This document shows, piece by piece, positions 9,350 through 20,502 of a stretch of 64,000 nt of DNA (positions are counted from its first letter, which is position 1; each line of letters opens with the position of its first letter). Both the position numbers and the translations under genes were made by a program. Location of the stretch: positions 128,001-192,000 of IMG/VR virus record IMGVR_UViG_3300002834_000024; one strand, given 5' to 3'. The DNA comes from a virus. Lineage: Duplodnaviria; Heunggongvirae; Uroviricota; Caudoviricetes. The notes beneath the pieces are model-generated. The model saw nothing but the letters and a program-made list of their open reading frames with translations. It had not been told where the DNA came from and ran no database searches.

Positions 9350-12300
9350 ATGCCAGCACTAAATCTAAATAATTGTTCCCATGCTTTCAGGAACATCATT
9401 CTAAATAAAAAACATAATTTAGATTATGTTTATGGTTTGAATGGGGATAATAGTACACATACTGAACCAGGATTACATTATGAACCAAGTTTAGCAGCAC
9501 CTAATGTTCCATTTTTAACTGATTATCACCCAAAGTTACTTGATTTTACAAGAGAATTAAATGTATGGGGGGCAACTGATGGATATAGTGGTAATGTAAG
9601 ACGTGGAAATTATGGTAATCAATGGGATAAAAGAGGGGATGAAATAAATGTTGCAGATCCTCATCAACAAATCAACGAACCATCAAATGAAATAAGACAA
9701 CAGTGGGATGATCCAATAAGAAATGAATATCACAGTTATTTGGATTATACTAATGCAATATTTTTAAAGGATAGTTCACCAATCAATGTTCTTGCTGGTA
9801 TAATGACTGGTGATGGTATTGGTTTATCATCAACTTATGGAAATGGAATATCTGTTGTTTCAGATTTTAATATTCAACAAACATTGGGTGGTAGAATTTA
9901 TTCAACTGCTACTGGTAGAGATACAAGATTAGGTAAAATAGGAATGAAAGCGGCAGCAATTTCTATGGCTAATAATATTCTACGAAAAACTGGTAGAATG
10001 GCTGGTGGTTTCTTTAAAGAAGGTGTTCAATTTTTATTAAGTAAGATTACTCGTGGAAGATTGGGTGATGATAAATTTGAAATGGCAAAATATGCTTCCC
10101 CATCAATTACTGATGCACCAGGAGGTATGGATAATTTTTTATCATCAACTGGACTTGGTGGTGTTATAAATACAGCAGCAGGTGGTTTAGGTATTGAAGA
10201 TTTATTATCTAATAATAATTGGTCAAAAACAGCAACATCAAGTAATGATGGAAAATATGTTCAAATTAAACTTGATGGCGTATTAGTTGAATATAGAGAA
10301 AACACAAAACCAGACTTTGATAAATATATTTTAGGTAATCTACATTCAACTCGTGTTGAAGAAGAAGTAACGAATTACGAAAATTCTCAAACTGGAGAAA
10401 TTGAAGGACGTACCACAAGATATAATTATATTCCTGTTAGTGAAAGTGAATATAGAAGATTACAACAATCTGAATTAATTAATTGGTCTGGTGTTCTTAC
10501 CAAAGAACAAATATATCAAAATTTATCACGAAATAAGTATCAGCCGGGATATGTTATTAGCGAAAGGTTTAATCAGAGATTAGAATATGAAGATTATCAA
10601 CATCAATTAAATGAAATTGGTTATGGTGCAGATGTAAATAATCCATTTACATTAGGAACTGGTAAAAATGAGGGAATTTTACATCCAGAAAATGATGTGA
10701 GAATTAAAAACAAACGACAAATCTATACTTGGGCTGAAGGACAATCAAGGGGTACTGTTATTCAATCCAATTCAGAACATGCTGATGCCGTTTATCATGG
10801 TATAGATGATTCAAATATTGGTTTTTTTAATTCAGGATTAAATGGTGTTAATAATCCAAATACTTTATTAGCAAAAACTAAAAAATTATTTGAAGCTGGA
10901 AAAATAAAAACAATTATATCATCTTTTTATCAATCTGATAGCCCAAGTGAAATTCAAACAGGTGTTTCTCAATGGGGGTTATCAAAAGGCAGAAATTTAT
11001 TAGATAAATCTTTTGATAAACAAATAACACCAAATAATTATAAAGATCCTTATTGTAGGGTTTGGACATGGGAAAGACAATATCGAAATGTACAAAATGG
11101 ATTAAGACCATTTTTAACCCCGCCATCGGAGATTGATCCAGGTAATATTGGTGAACCAATTAAACTTGAGGATTTACATAAACAAATTGAACATGCAAGA
11201 CCAAATCTTGAAGTGTTTGCAAGATTTACATCATTACAAGATAATGGTTTACCAAAAATTGCACCATATAAAAGTGATTTTGTTAGTAGTGACAGTTCAG
11301 GAAAAATAATTGATGGGTGGAAAGGTGAACCAAAAGATAGACGTAAATATAATCGTAATTATTTCTTTTCAATCGAAAATTTAGCATGGAAAGATTTACC
11401 ACTTGAAAACATTTTATGTCCAAGTCAATGTGGACCAAATGGTGGTAGAATTTATTGGTTTTCTCCATTAAATTTAGATTTTGATGAAACAACATCAGTA
11501 TCACTAAATAAAGAGGATTTTATAGGTCGTGGCGAACAAGTTATAACTTATATTAATTCAATTAGAACAGGCAATTTAAGTTTTACGATGCTTGTAGATC
11601 ATTCATCTTTTATGGAATACATGAAATATCGTGAATTTAATAATGGTGATGAAGATTATCAAGGAATTTTATTATGGGATGCGGGTTGTGATGATCCAAC
11701 TGGTATAGAATTTAATAATACTTTTCATGGAAGAACAGGCAAAGGTTGTGATTTTGGTGTTGGTGGAAGTGATTGTATAACACCAACCCCACCCGAATCT
11801 ATTGAAGAACCAACCCCACCAGTTAGAACATTAGGGGAACCTGAAAAGGGGGAAAGACCAAGTGGAAAAACAGAAACCAAATTAGTTACAAGAGTATATT
11901 ATCCAAATGATTATTCTGGTATAGATGATGGTGGAATTGGTTCAATGAATTATATATATAGTGGAGGTATTAAAGGGCTTGGTTATGAAATGGATAGTAA
12001 TTTTTCATTATCAGGTGTTAATACAGGTAATTTAAGTATGATGAATGGTAGTTTTTTAGTTGAAAATATAAAATGTGGACAAACAGATGCTTATATTGTT
12101 GAAAAGAAAATGTTTGAACTTTTTTTACCAAATGTGACAAAAACAGATTTATTATTTAGTCCAAATAGAGAAGCGAAATCAAATTATTTAAAAACTCAAA
12201 CAGCATTAGATAAACATGTTAATCAAAAGCCAATACCTTCAAAACGAGAATATTTACCAAGAGAACGATATTGGAAATATATGAGTTATTGGGATGTTGA

Positions 12301-13675
12301 AAATCACCATTTGAATGTAAATAAACCACCTGAACCAGATGCTATTCCATTTAAAGAATTTTATGAAAAATGTAATGCAAGAGATGAAGAATTAATAAAA
12401 TTACTTGAAGAAGCCAAAGAAGTAATAATAACAGGTAATGCTAATTCACATGGTTATGGGGCAACTGATAATGTAATATTAGCACAAAACAGAGCTGATA
12501 CTCTTTTAAAATTTATTAAAGAAACATTAGGTGTTGATACATCGGATGAAAATAAATGGAAATGTATAACAGATAATGCAAATGTTAGTACAGGCACATC
12601 AACTCAAACTGGTTGTTCATCTGATTTTTCAGCTAAACAAGGAAGATTTGCAAAAGTTGAAATCATAAAAGAAATAATGGAAGAATATACCATTAAAGAG
12701 GCTGAATTTGATATACCAGATGATGAATTTCAAGCTCAAATGGATGCTTATGAAGCAGCAAAAAAAGCACGTGAAGAAGCATTTCAATCAGATATGGATA
12801 CCTATGAAGCAGCAAAAAAGGCTAATGAAGAAGCATTAAAAGTAGTTTTAAAGGGAAGATATGATGAAGAAATGGAATATTATCAATATGTGGATAAAAA
12901 TACAGACTTAACATGGTCAAAAATACAAGATAAGTATAATCATTATATCCCAGCATTTTGGTCATTAACACCAGAGGGATTTAATAGCCGATTAACTTTT
13001 TTAAATCAATGTACAAGACAAGGACCAACTATCTCTGGAAGTGATAAAGGAATAAATAAAGGTACAAGAGATGGTAAAAACGCATCAAATTTATCGTTTG
13101 GACGACCACCTGTTTGTGTTTTAAAAATTGGTGATTTTATTCAATCAAGAATTTTTATTGAAAGTTTATCAATTGATTATAAAAATAGTGGTCAGATTCA
13201 ATGGGATTTAAACCCAGAGGGTATTGGTATACAACCCATGATGGCAAATGTTAGAATTTCATTTATTTATGCTGGTGGTCAGGATATAAGTGGTGCTATT
13301 GCACAATTACAAAATGCTGTAACATTTAATTATTATGCTAATACAAGTGTTTATGATGATAGGGCAGCGACTAATGGAATGGAAGGCGAAGTTCCAGAAA
13401 CATTGTTTGATCCAACCACATATCAAAATGGAAATAATTATAAGGCATATTTAGGTACAGATGAAGAAATAGCATCTAATGAATTAACACAATCAACAAC
13501 AGAAGCAACAGATGATATATATGGAATGGCAAAAAATGATGGTATTGAACAAAGAACTATGAGTCCAGAAGCTATACAACAACTACAAGAAAATAATAAA
13601 TTTAATGATTATGATTGGACAGAACCAAATAATGATGATTTTTCATATAAACTTGGACGAACATTTTCCGCATAA
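9350..13675 (+). CDS. Baseplate/tail-tube-initiator-like protein with an inserted OmpA-like peptidoglycan-binding domain
   Basis: Tube-initiator-like halves (FIGRGEQVITYINSIRTGNLSF and FGRPPVCVLKIGDFIQSRIFIESLSIDY) flank an OmpA-C-like segment (VIITGNANSHG...NVILAQNRADTL...GRFAKVEI); lies next to a gp53-like gene. Confidence 0.65.
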   Translation: MPALNLNNCSHAFRNIILNKKHNLDYVYGLNGDNSTHTEPGLHYEPSLAAPNVPFLTDYHPKLLDFTRELNVWGATDGYSGNVRRGNYGNQWDKRGDEINVADPHQQINEPSNEIRQQWDDPIRNEYHSYLDYTNAIFLKDSSPINVLAGIMTGDGIGLSSTYGNGISVVSDFNIQQTLGGRIYSTATGRDTRLGKIGMKAAAISMANNILRKTGRMAGGFFKEGVQFLLSKITRGRLGDDKFEMAKYASPSITDAPGGMDNFLSSTGLGGVINTAAGGLGIEDLLSNNNWSKTATSSNDGKYVQIKLDGVLVEYRENTKPDFDKYILGNLHSTRVEEEVTNYENSQTGEIEGRTTRYNYIPVSESEYRRLQQSELINWSGVLTKEQIYQNLSRNKYQPGYVISERFNQRLEYEDYQHQLNEIGYGADVNNPFTLGTGKNEGILHPENDVRIKNKRQIYTWAEGQSRGTVIQSNSEHADAVYHGIDDSNIGFFNSGLNGVNNPNTLLAKTKKLFEAGKIKTIISSFYQSDSPSEIQTGVSQWGLSKGRNLLDKSFDKQITPNNYKDPYCRVWTWERQYRNVQNGLRPFLTPPSEIDPGNIGEPIKLEDLHKQIEHARPNLEVFARFTSLQDNGLPKIAPYKSDFVSSDSSGKIIDGWKGEPKDRRKYNRNYFFSIENLAWKDLPLENILCPSQCGPNGGRIYWFSPLNLDFDETTSVSLNKEDFIGRGEQVITYINSIRTGNLSFTMLVDHSSFMEYMKYREFNNGDEDYQGILLWDAGCDDPTGIEFNNTFHGRTGKGCDFGVGGSDCITPTPPESIEEPTPPVRTLGEPEKGERPSGKTETKLVTRVYYPNDYSGIDDGGIGSMNYIYSGGIKGLGYEMDSNFSLSGVNTGNLSMMNGSFLVENIKCGQTDAYIVEKKMFELFLPNVTKTDLLFSPNREAKSNYLKTQTALDKHVNQKPIPSKREYLPRERYWKYMSYWDVENHHLNVNKPPEPDAIPFKEFYEKCNARDEELIKLLEEAKEVIITGNANSHGYGATDNVILAQNRADTLLKFIKETLGVDTSDENKWKCITDNANVSTGTSTQTGCSSDFSAKQGRFAKVEIIKEIMEEYTIKEAEFDIPDDEFQAQMDAYEAAKKAREEAFQSDMDTYEAAKKANEEALKVVLKGRYDEEMEYYQYVDKNTDLTWSKIQDKYNHYIPAFWSLTPEGFNSRLTFLNQCTRQGPTISGSDKGINKGTRDGKNASNLSFGRPPVCVLKIGDFIQSRIFIESLSIDYKNSGQIQWDLNPEGIGIQPMMANVRISFIYAGGQDISGAIAQLQNAVTFNYYANTSVYDDRAATNGMEGEVPETLFDPTTYQNGNNYKAYLGTDEEIASNELTQSTTEATDDIYGMAKNDGIEQRTMSPEAIQQLQENNKFNDYDWTEPNNDDFSYKLGRTFSA
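12728..12835 (+). repeat. 54-bp (18-aa) tandem duplication in a helical linker
   Basis: FQAQMDAYEAAKKAREEA followed by FQSDMDTYEAAKKANEEA. Confidence 0.85.
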
Positions 13676-13711
13676 TATTGAAAAATTACAATAACTAAAT
13701 ATATTAATATT

Positions 13712-14029
13712 ATGACTTATAATAGATATGCAAAAGTTTCAATGAATGGTGTAGTTGAACTTTTACCAAGATTTAGATATTCACCACAAGCATCTGATAG
13801 AGAAGAAATTTGGCAGGTTGATAAATCTCGTATGGATTTGATTAGTTACAAATATTATGAAGATGCAAATTATGATTGGTTAATTATGTTAGCTAATGAT
13901 GATATTCCACATATTGAATTTGAAATACCTGATGGAACTATATTAACAATACCATATCCTTTGGAAATAGCGTTAAATCAATTCAAAAATCAATTAAATA
14001 TTTTTGAAAATTTATATGGTTATATTTAA
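13712..14029 (+). CDS. Baseplate wedge protein, T4 gp53/LysM-like
   Basis: RMDLISYKYYEDANYDWLIMLAN...GTILTIP is a typical gp53/tail-X LysM-like signature. Confidence 0.8.
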   Translation: MTYNRYAKVSMNGVVELLPRFRYSPQASDREEIWQVDKSRMDLISYKYYEDANYDWLIMLANDDIPHIEFEIPDGTILTIPYPLEIALNQFKNQLNIFENLYGYI

Positions 14030-14042
14030 TTATTAGATTGTT

Positions 14043-17000
14043 ATGAATACAAATACACAAACAACAGAAACAAAAGATACAAATACCGAAAAACAAAAAA
14101 GACCAAATGTTATATATGTTGATCCAAATAGGGATATGGATTTGGTTATATATGGATCTGGTGGTGAATCAGTCGAATTAAATGGACAACATGGAAATGA
14201 TTTAATGATACCTCCAGAAGATTTATGTATTGCTGTTCAATTGGAAGTTAGTGTTCCACAATTAAGTGGATATGATACAAGAAATGCTGTTACTGTTGAA
14301 TGGCAAGATGTTGGAGGTAAACAGAAAATTAGTTTTTTTGAAGGTAAATATATTGGTAATCAATATGTATTAACTGATTTTTATCATGATATTAGTTTTA
14401 ATTCAGAATCAGTACGAGGGGGTGGTGAAAATGAAGCATTAGGTATCCGCTCAATTAATATTGAATATAATAGTTGGTATCTTCCACAAGTATCTATTGA
14501 ATTTGTTGATGTCAGAGGAATGGCATTAATGAATCCTATTGATGCTTTTAAAGGTGGGAATATTGAAAATGCAATTAATAGTTTTTTTAGTGCTTTTTAT
14601 ACAATACCATATCCACAGTTTAAGTTATTGGTGAAAGGATTTTATGGTAATTCTGTAACTTATGATTTGGCAGCACAAGATATTAGAACAACATTTGATG
14701 CACAAACAGGAAATGTTATAATTAGTGCTAGTTTTGTTGGATATTCTTTTGCAATGTTTTCAGATATACCATTTGATTGGATTAAATCTGCACCATATAA
14801 CAAATATGCTCAAAGCGATGATTATAGTTATTGGAGAGAACAGATTGGAAATGGTAGATTTACATTTGATTTTCCAAGTAAAGGTGTCCCAATTCCAACA
14901 TTTGCACAATTATATGAAATTATTCAGACAACAATTCGATTAATTGATAAAATTAATCAAGAAGATGATGCAGCGAAAAAGAAAAAAAATCTTGATAATG
15001 CTTATAATGAATTAAATGTATTATTAAATAGATATAATCAATTTAAAAAAATTTTATTACAACATGTTGAACCCTTTAATAAATCAGAGGGTAATAGAGA
15101 AATACCAAATATAGGTTTTGATGATACTGAAAAGGGTATAGTAAGAATTTTTAGTACAGCAATATCACCATCAATGATTGATGATTTTTTTAAAGATGGA
15201 AATGGTGTTAGTTCGCAAGATGTTAAAAAACAAGAAATTATTAGTTCGGTTGAACGATATAATCAACTTGTTAAAGAAGAAAATTTAGGAATACCAACAA
15301 TGTTTACTCCCCCATTAACATTATCCACTTCTTCAAATGATAATGGCGATGGTTTCACAAGTAATACATATACGGTAAGAGATGAAAATGATGAATATTT
15401 TAAAGAATATGGATTAAAACTTAATACTCCATATTATCTTTATGAGTTAAAATATTTAGCATTTAAAAAAGAGGTTGAACGTATTATTGAAGAAGAAATT
15501 GAACGTGGGAGAAATCAAGCAGCACAGGATTTATTAAATAAAACATATGAATTAGTTAAAAATAGTATAAGTTTTGTTCCAACCATTGGTAATATGGTTA
15601 AATTATTTTTTGCACATTTTGAAATGTTTTTTTGGAATTATTTTAATGTTATTACAAAAACAAAGACAAGAAAATGTTCAGATGTTGGAGCTCCGCCAGA
15701 ACAAGTTGATTCTGATAATGACGAAAAGGGGACTGCGATGTTACCATCTTTTTTTGGAATACAAACAAAAGAAAATGAGGGTAATATAAAATGTTGGCCA
15801 GGTTCACCAAAGGTTAGAAACTATTTTAAAACACCAGATACATGGAAAGAATTAGAAGAAGTAAAATTTTTAAAATATTATAATGAATCAATTATTGAAT
15901 ATAACAAACGTATTGAACAGGTTGAAATAAATTTATCTCAAATTGAAGATGCTAATGTATGGCTACCAGTTAATCCATTTGATGTTTCAAATACAATATT
16001 AATCACAGGAATACACACAGATAATCCTTATAAACAAATTGTCATAGATTCTTATGGTATAGATATGTTAAATGACATCATAAAAGAAGTTGGTGTTAGA
16101 ATGTTTTATGGCGTTGGTACATGGGATGAAAATGGAAGCGCATACAGTACATTAGCTAAAGCTGAAGCTATGAATGTTTTTACAGCAATAAGAGGTCAGC
16201 AAGCATTAATAGATAGATTAAAAAGATATTTAGATACCACTTTAACATCTGATGAAATGGTTAAGATATGGAGTGGAACAACTGAAAATATTACTGGTGG
16301 AGGAGATAAGATAAAAGACAGAACAGGAAATACTTTATTATCACCTGATGAAAGTAATCAAAGTTTATATACAATGTTACAATATTCATTTGGAAATAAT
16401 GCAAATGGATTTGTCATACCATTTGCATCCATTGGATTAAGTCATTATAATACAGGTGATAGACGAATTGTTGGTAGTGATCAAAAATTTATAATAAATG
16501 AGGGTGTACCATTATTTTATACACATTCAAATTCACATCAAGCAACATGGGGTGGTAAATATAAAGTAATTTGGAATATTCAGCCATATACACCATCAAT
16601 TGATATTTTTATTAATAGGGTAAAAGGAAAAGATGAAACTGGACCTGAATTAGTAAAAAATTGGAAAATTGAAACAAATAAATTTTCAGAATTTTTTATT
16701 AAAGAGTTAAAGACTGTTGGTGATCGAAGTGCATATAATCAGAAGTATTTTAGAATGACTGATAAAGATAAACAGGGTATTGATTTTCCAATATATTTTA
16801 CTAATTTAACAACAGATAAAGATAAAACAAAAATTGTTGGTAATTTGAAAAAAAGTAAAGATGGTAAAGATCTTATTGATAAAGAGGGAAAGATGATATA
16901 TACTTTAGAAAATGCTGCGCCATCAGATGTGCCATTACTTGATAAAAATTCTGGTATGGTATTAGATTTAGACCAATCAATTAGTAATCGTGATAGTGGT

Positions 17001-19577
17001 GTATCATTTATTTTACCATATTTTGAAATAAATGGTAAAAATATATTTACAAACACAGATTATTATGACCTAAATTCAAGTTCACCAAATATATCACAAT
17101 CTTTTTGGGGCAAAATTTTTAATTCTGGGGGAAATATTAGTAATAATAGTATTAGTAGTAACTATAAAAAATCTGTTGTATTGTTATGGGCATTAGGATT
17201 AAATGAAGATATAATTTATGATTTTTTATCTAATCAATTTAAGTTTTCATGTTTGAAAAGATTACCAAAAGTTGTTTCACTTTATTTAGGTGCAGAATGT
17301 TGGGCATTTACTAATGGTTTTAGTTTTGGTGGTAAATCTCCAAATAGTAAAATAGGTGAATTAAAAGCAGATATTAAATTTATTCTTGAAGAATATTTTA
17401 AAGAATGGGCTGATAATTCGGCATCAAACATATTATCAAATTTAGAACTTAAAGAAAATGGTTTACCATTTGGAAGTGGTGTAGATTTCACAGCAGCTTG
17501 CACAAAAGTAATAGACAAAGGTAATAGCAGAGATCCAAAAGTTCCACTAACAGAAGATTTATTTAGCGTTTTTGGTGATGGTATTTGTAATACTTATTGT
17601 GGCGCACATTTTGTTAATGGTCAATTAAACATATTATTGGATCCATCTTCATCGGCAGCAAATTCTTTAATGCAATTATATGGTGCAGATGATTTAATAA
17701 TTTCAACATATTATCAGATTTTTGATGAAAAAGATAAACCAACACATCGAAGTATTACAGTTCCAAGTGCTAATGGATATGCTTCAACATTTTTAACAAG
17801 ATTAAAAGATTTAATTGGAAGTGATACTAATGAAAATAAGACAGATCCAGACAAACCAAATGAAATAACAAATAATGAAGAAGCTATATATGCTTCAAAA
17901 TATTATCAATTTAAAAAGATATATGATAGATGGATTTGTTGGGATGATAGCAAGTTTGATGATTGGAAATTAGAACGTTTTTATGACAATAATAGAACTG
18001 ATCCAACAAATCCAGCTGCTATTACTATTATTGATAAATTTTATTGTGATATTGCTAATCTTTTAATATGTAATTTAGATGTTATTGGCAGTATTATGGA
18101 AGATATTAATCAACATGAAATGTCATTTTTATCTATTATTAGTAATTTATTTGGAAAACATAAATTATTATTTGTTCCAACACCAAATAAAGTTGGTATT
18201 TCAACACAAGCACAATTATTAGATGTATTTAGACCATATACATATAGTGCAATGGCTCCAATGACAGTTCAACCTGGCTTTACAGCAATATACGTTGGGG
18301 AACCTGCATCACAACCATCAACTGGCGATTATGGAAAGGGAAGAAAATTTAAAGATGATAGTCTTAACATAAATGGAAAAGATTTTCCAGCCCATAATGC
18401 CCCACCAATCCCAACAAGTTATGGAGATGCAAATGCCGGAACAATGCCTGTTTTTTGTGTGTCATTTGGAAAACAAAATCAATCATATTTTAAATTAGCC
18501 AGTTTAACAAATACTAATCCTGTTGTTACTGAACAAACAACAAGGGCGACAGAAGATATAGCTCGAATGGCAAAAAGTGATGGAACAGAATCTAAACATG
18601 GGGGGCAAGATTTATATGATGTTTATTCAGCAAATGCTTATACAGTTGAAGTTGAAATGCTTGGGTGTGCAAAGATTATGCCACTTATGTATTTTCAGTT
18701 GAATAATGTTTATCTTTTTACGGGTGCTTATATGATATTTAAAATGTCACATAATATAACGCCTGGTCGAATGATAACAAAATTTACTGGAATTAAACAA
18801 TCTTTAAATAGAACAGATTTAACGGAAAATCCATTTTTTGCTCAAACATTAATTGATGATTCAGCAGATAAACAAAGTAATTATAAACCAGTTGAACCAA
18901 CACCAAAAGAAGAAACAAATCCACCAGTAAAAAACGAAAGAAGAAACGATAATTTACATTATTATGGTCCAAAACCTTGGGTAGCACAAATAAGTGATGA
19001 AACAACAATAGATTATGCAGCACTTAAAAATCAAAAAGTTTCAAGATATTACACATTAGCAAATTGTGTCGAAGCAAGTGATACAAATAAAGCATTAGCA
19101 GGAAGTTGGGATAAAGCTGGTGAAGATATGCCACCTGGAATTTATGAAAATTTAAAAGCATTTATGCCTATGGTTGATGAAGTTAGGGATTATGTTAAAA
19201 GCGAAGGAAAATATGTTAGTAATGGCATGTGTCAAGAACATGCTGCCAAGTTAAAAAATGCTGGATTTTCTACATCCCCAAGTGATTATGATATTCATCA
19301 AGAAAGTATTTGGCGAAGGTATAGTAATACTGATTTAAAATGGTATCAGACATTTCATGGGTTTGGTGCTGCATCTGATATTCATTTATTATATAAAAGA
19401 AGCAAGGCTGCACCAAGACATCCGATATATGGATATGTTTTTGATTTCATTAACACAAAATTAAATAATCATATAACAGAATTATTATATGAATATTCTG
19501 GAACAAGTAGGTGGGTCCATTATGCTTGGACACCATCATCAACCAAAAGAACAATAGATAGAAATTATGCAGCCTAA
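14043..19577 (+). CDS. Baseplate hub-like protein with C-terminal M15-family Zn peptidase (virion lysin)
   Basis: Hub-like VEVEMLGCAKIMPLMYFQLNNV...GAYMIFKMSHNI; C-terminal HGFGAASDI (H-x6-D) and LLYE...WVH motifs of M15 peptidases. Confidence 0.7.
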   Translation: MNTNTQTTETKDTNTEKQKRPNVIYVDPNRDMDLVIYGSGGESVELNGQHGNDLMIPPEDLCIAVQLEVSVPQLSGYDTRNAVTVEWQDVGGKQKISFFEGKYIGNQYVLTDFYHDISFNSESVRGGGENEALGIRSINIEYNSWYLPQVSIEFVDVRGMALMNPIDAFKGGNIENAINSFFSAFYTIPYPQFKLLVKGFYGNSVTYDLAAQDIRTTFDAQTGNVIISASFVGYSFAMFSDIPFDWIKSAPYNKYAQSDDYSYWREQIGNGRFTFDFPSKGVPIPTFAQLYEIIQTTIRLIDKINQEDDAAKKKKNLDNAYNELNVLLNRYNQFKKILLQHVEPFNKSEGNREIPNIGFDDTEKGIVRIFSTAISPSMIDDFFKDGNGVSSQDVKKQEIISSVERYNQLVKEENLGIPTMFTPPLTLSTSSNDNGDGFTSNTYTVRDENDEYFKEYGLKLNTPYYLYELKYLAFKKEVERIIEEEIERGRNQAAQDLLNKTYELVKNSISFVPTIGNMVKLFFAHFEMFFWNYFNVITKTKTRKCSDVGAPPEQVDSDNDEKGTAMLPSFFGIQTKENEGNIKCWPGSPKVRNYFKTPDTWKELEEVKFLKYYNESIIEYNKRIEQVEINLSQIEDANVWLPVNPFDVSNTILITGIHTDNPYKQIVIDSYGIDMLNDIIKEVGVRMFYGVGTWDENGSAYSTLAKAEAMNVFTAIRGQQALIDRLKRYLDTTLTSDEMVKIWSGTTENITGGGDKIKDRTGNTLLSPDESNQSLYTMLQYSFGNNANGFVIPFASIGLSHYNTGDRRIVGSDQKFIINEGVPLFYTHSNSHQATWGGKYKVIWNIQPYTPSIDIFINRVKGKDETGPELVKNWKIETNKFSEFFIKELKTVGDRSAYNQKYFRMTDKDKQGIDFPIYFTNLTTDKDKTKIVGNLKKSKDGKDLIDKEGKMIYTLENAAPSDVPLLDKNSGMVLDLDQSISNRDSGVSFILPYFEINGKNIFTNTDYYDLNSSSPNISQSFWGKIFNSGGNISNNSISSNYKKSVVLLWALGLNEDIIYDFLSNQFKFSCLKRLPKVVSLYLGAECWAFTNGFSFGGKSPNSKIGELKADIKFILEEYFKEWADNSASNILSNLELKENGLPFGSGVDFTAACTKVIDKGNSRDPKVPLTEDLFSVFGDGICNTYCGAHFVNGQLNILLDPSSSAANSLMQLYGADDLIISTYYQIFDEKDKPTHRSITVPSANGYASTFLTRLKDLIGSDTNENKTDPDKPNEITNNEEAIYASKYYQFKKIYDRWICWDDSKFDDWKLERFYDNNRTDPTNPAAITIIDKFYCDIANLLICNLDVIGSIMEDINQHEMSFLSIISNLFGKHKLLFVPTPNKVGISTQAQLLDVFRPYTYSAMAPMTVQPGFTAIYVGEPASQPSTGDYGKGRKFKDDSLNINGKDFPAHNAPPIPTSYGDANAGTMPVFCVSFGKQNQSYFKLASLTNTNPVVTEQTTRATEDIARMAKSDGTESKHGGQDLYDVYSANAYTVEVEMLGCAKIMPLMYFQLNNVYLFTGAYMIFKMSHNITPGRMITKFTGIKQSLNRTDLTENPFFAQTLIDDSADKQSNYKPVEPTPKEETNPPVKNERRNDNLHYYGPKPWVAQISDETTIDYAALKNQKVSRYYTLANCVEASDTNKALAGSWDKAGEDMPPGIYENLKAFMPMVDEVRDYVKSEGKYVSNGMCQEHAAKLKNAGFSTSPSDYDIHQESIWRRYSNTDLKWYQTFHGFGAASDIHLLYKRSKAAPRHPIYGYVFDFINTKLNNHITELLYEYSGTSRWVHYAWTPSSTKRTIDRNYAA

Positions 19578-19995
19578 AAAAATATTATTAGCATTTTTTG
19601 TTAAAAAACAATTTATTACATCAACATTATCTTATTTACAAGATTCGGAAATTAATATAAATGATATTTTTATATATGAGATAGTAAATAATGACATTGA
19701 ATATTTACTTTCTGTAAGTTTTAGAGATATTAAGACAGATAAATTATCTAATTATAAGTTTATCAAACCAATGCACGTTCACATAAAAAATGGATGTTTG
19801 TTTTCAATAAATGCTTTAAATAGATACATTCAAGAAATTAACCCAACTATAAATGATGGAAATATTAATTATAATTCAATAAACATTGATTGGTCATTAT
19901 TGAAAAATAAGTTGTTATTATTAAAAAATAATGAATTAAGTTTAAGTGATTTGAAAAAAATTGATTACGATTATTCAGATATAGAAAAAAGATAA
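19567..19995 (+). CDS. Hypothetical protein
   Basis: 142-aa ORF overlapping the upstream stop. Confidence 0.7.
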   Translation: MQPKKILLAFFVKKQFITSTLSYLQDSEININDIFIYEIVNNDIEYLLSVSFRDIKTDKLSNYKFIKPMHVHIKNGCLFSINALNRYIQEINPTINDGNINYNSINIDWSLLKNKLLLLKNNELSLSDLKKIDYDYSDIEKR

Positions 19996-20003
19996 GTAAA
20001 TGA

Positions 20004-20011
20004 TATTTATA
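20004..20011 (+). promoter_or_regulatory. Putative late-promoter motif TATTTATA
   Basis: 22 nt upstream of ATG 20034; a second copy at 20319-20326 precedes ATG 20331. Confidence 0.5.
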
Positions 20012-20033
20012 ATAAATTAAAAGATACGTTAAA

Positions 20034-20318
20034 ATGGCAACAGTAAATAGGGTTGAAAGAAAACCAGAAAGAAATAACAAGATTTATGTTAGAAGGGTTT
20101 ATCCAGGTATCAACATGCCAAAATCAGTCAATGTAAATCCACAATATGTTTTTCAAGAAAAAAAAATAATTATATCTGAAAAACCAATAATTGAAACAAA
20201 AGAAGACATTGTTTTGACTACACCTCCTGTAAAAGAAGAAATTGAAATTATACCAAAAGCAAAAGGGGGTAAACAAAAGAAATCTGAAACACCAGATGAT
20301 ATACAATTACCTGAATAA
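20034..20318 (+). CDS. Small hypothetical protein
   Basis: 94-aa ORF preceded by the TATTTATA motif. Confidence 0.65.
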   Translation: MATVNRVERKPERNNKIYVRRVYPGINMPKSVNVNPQYVFQEKKIIISEKPIIETKEDIVLTTPPVKEEIEIIPKAKGGKQKKSETPDDIQLPE

Positions 20319-20330
20319 TATTTATATACT

Positions 20331-20498
20331 ATGTTAAACGAAGAAACAAGAGAAAGATTAGATAATTTACTTGATAAAACTAATGATGAAGTAAATAACA
20401 TTAAACGTGTTAATCGCAAACAAGATGGTTTAATTGAAAGAGTTAAATCATCTAAAAAAATCTTAACCGAAGACAACAAACTTTTAATATTAGGTTAA
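20331..20498 (+). CDS. 55-aa hypothetical protein (not in the ORF track)
   Basis: MLNEETRERLDNLLDKTNDEVNNIKRVNRKQDGLIERVKSSKKILTEDNKLLILG*; fills the gap between co-oriented genes. Confidence 0.75.
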   Translation: MLNEETRERLDNLLDKTNDEVNNIKRVNRKQDGLIERVKSSKKILTEDNKLLILG

Positions 20499-20502
20499 TA
20501 TT

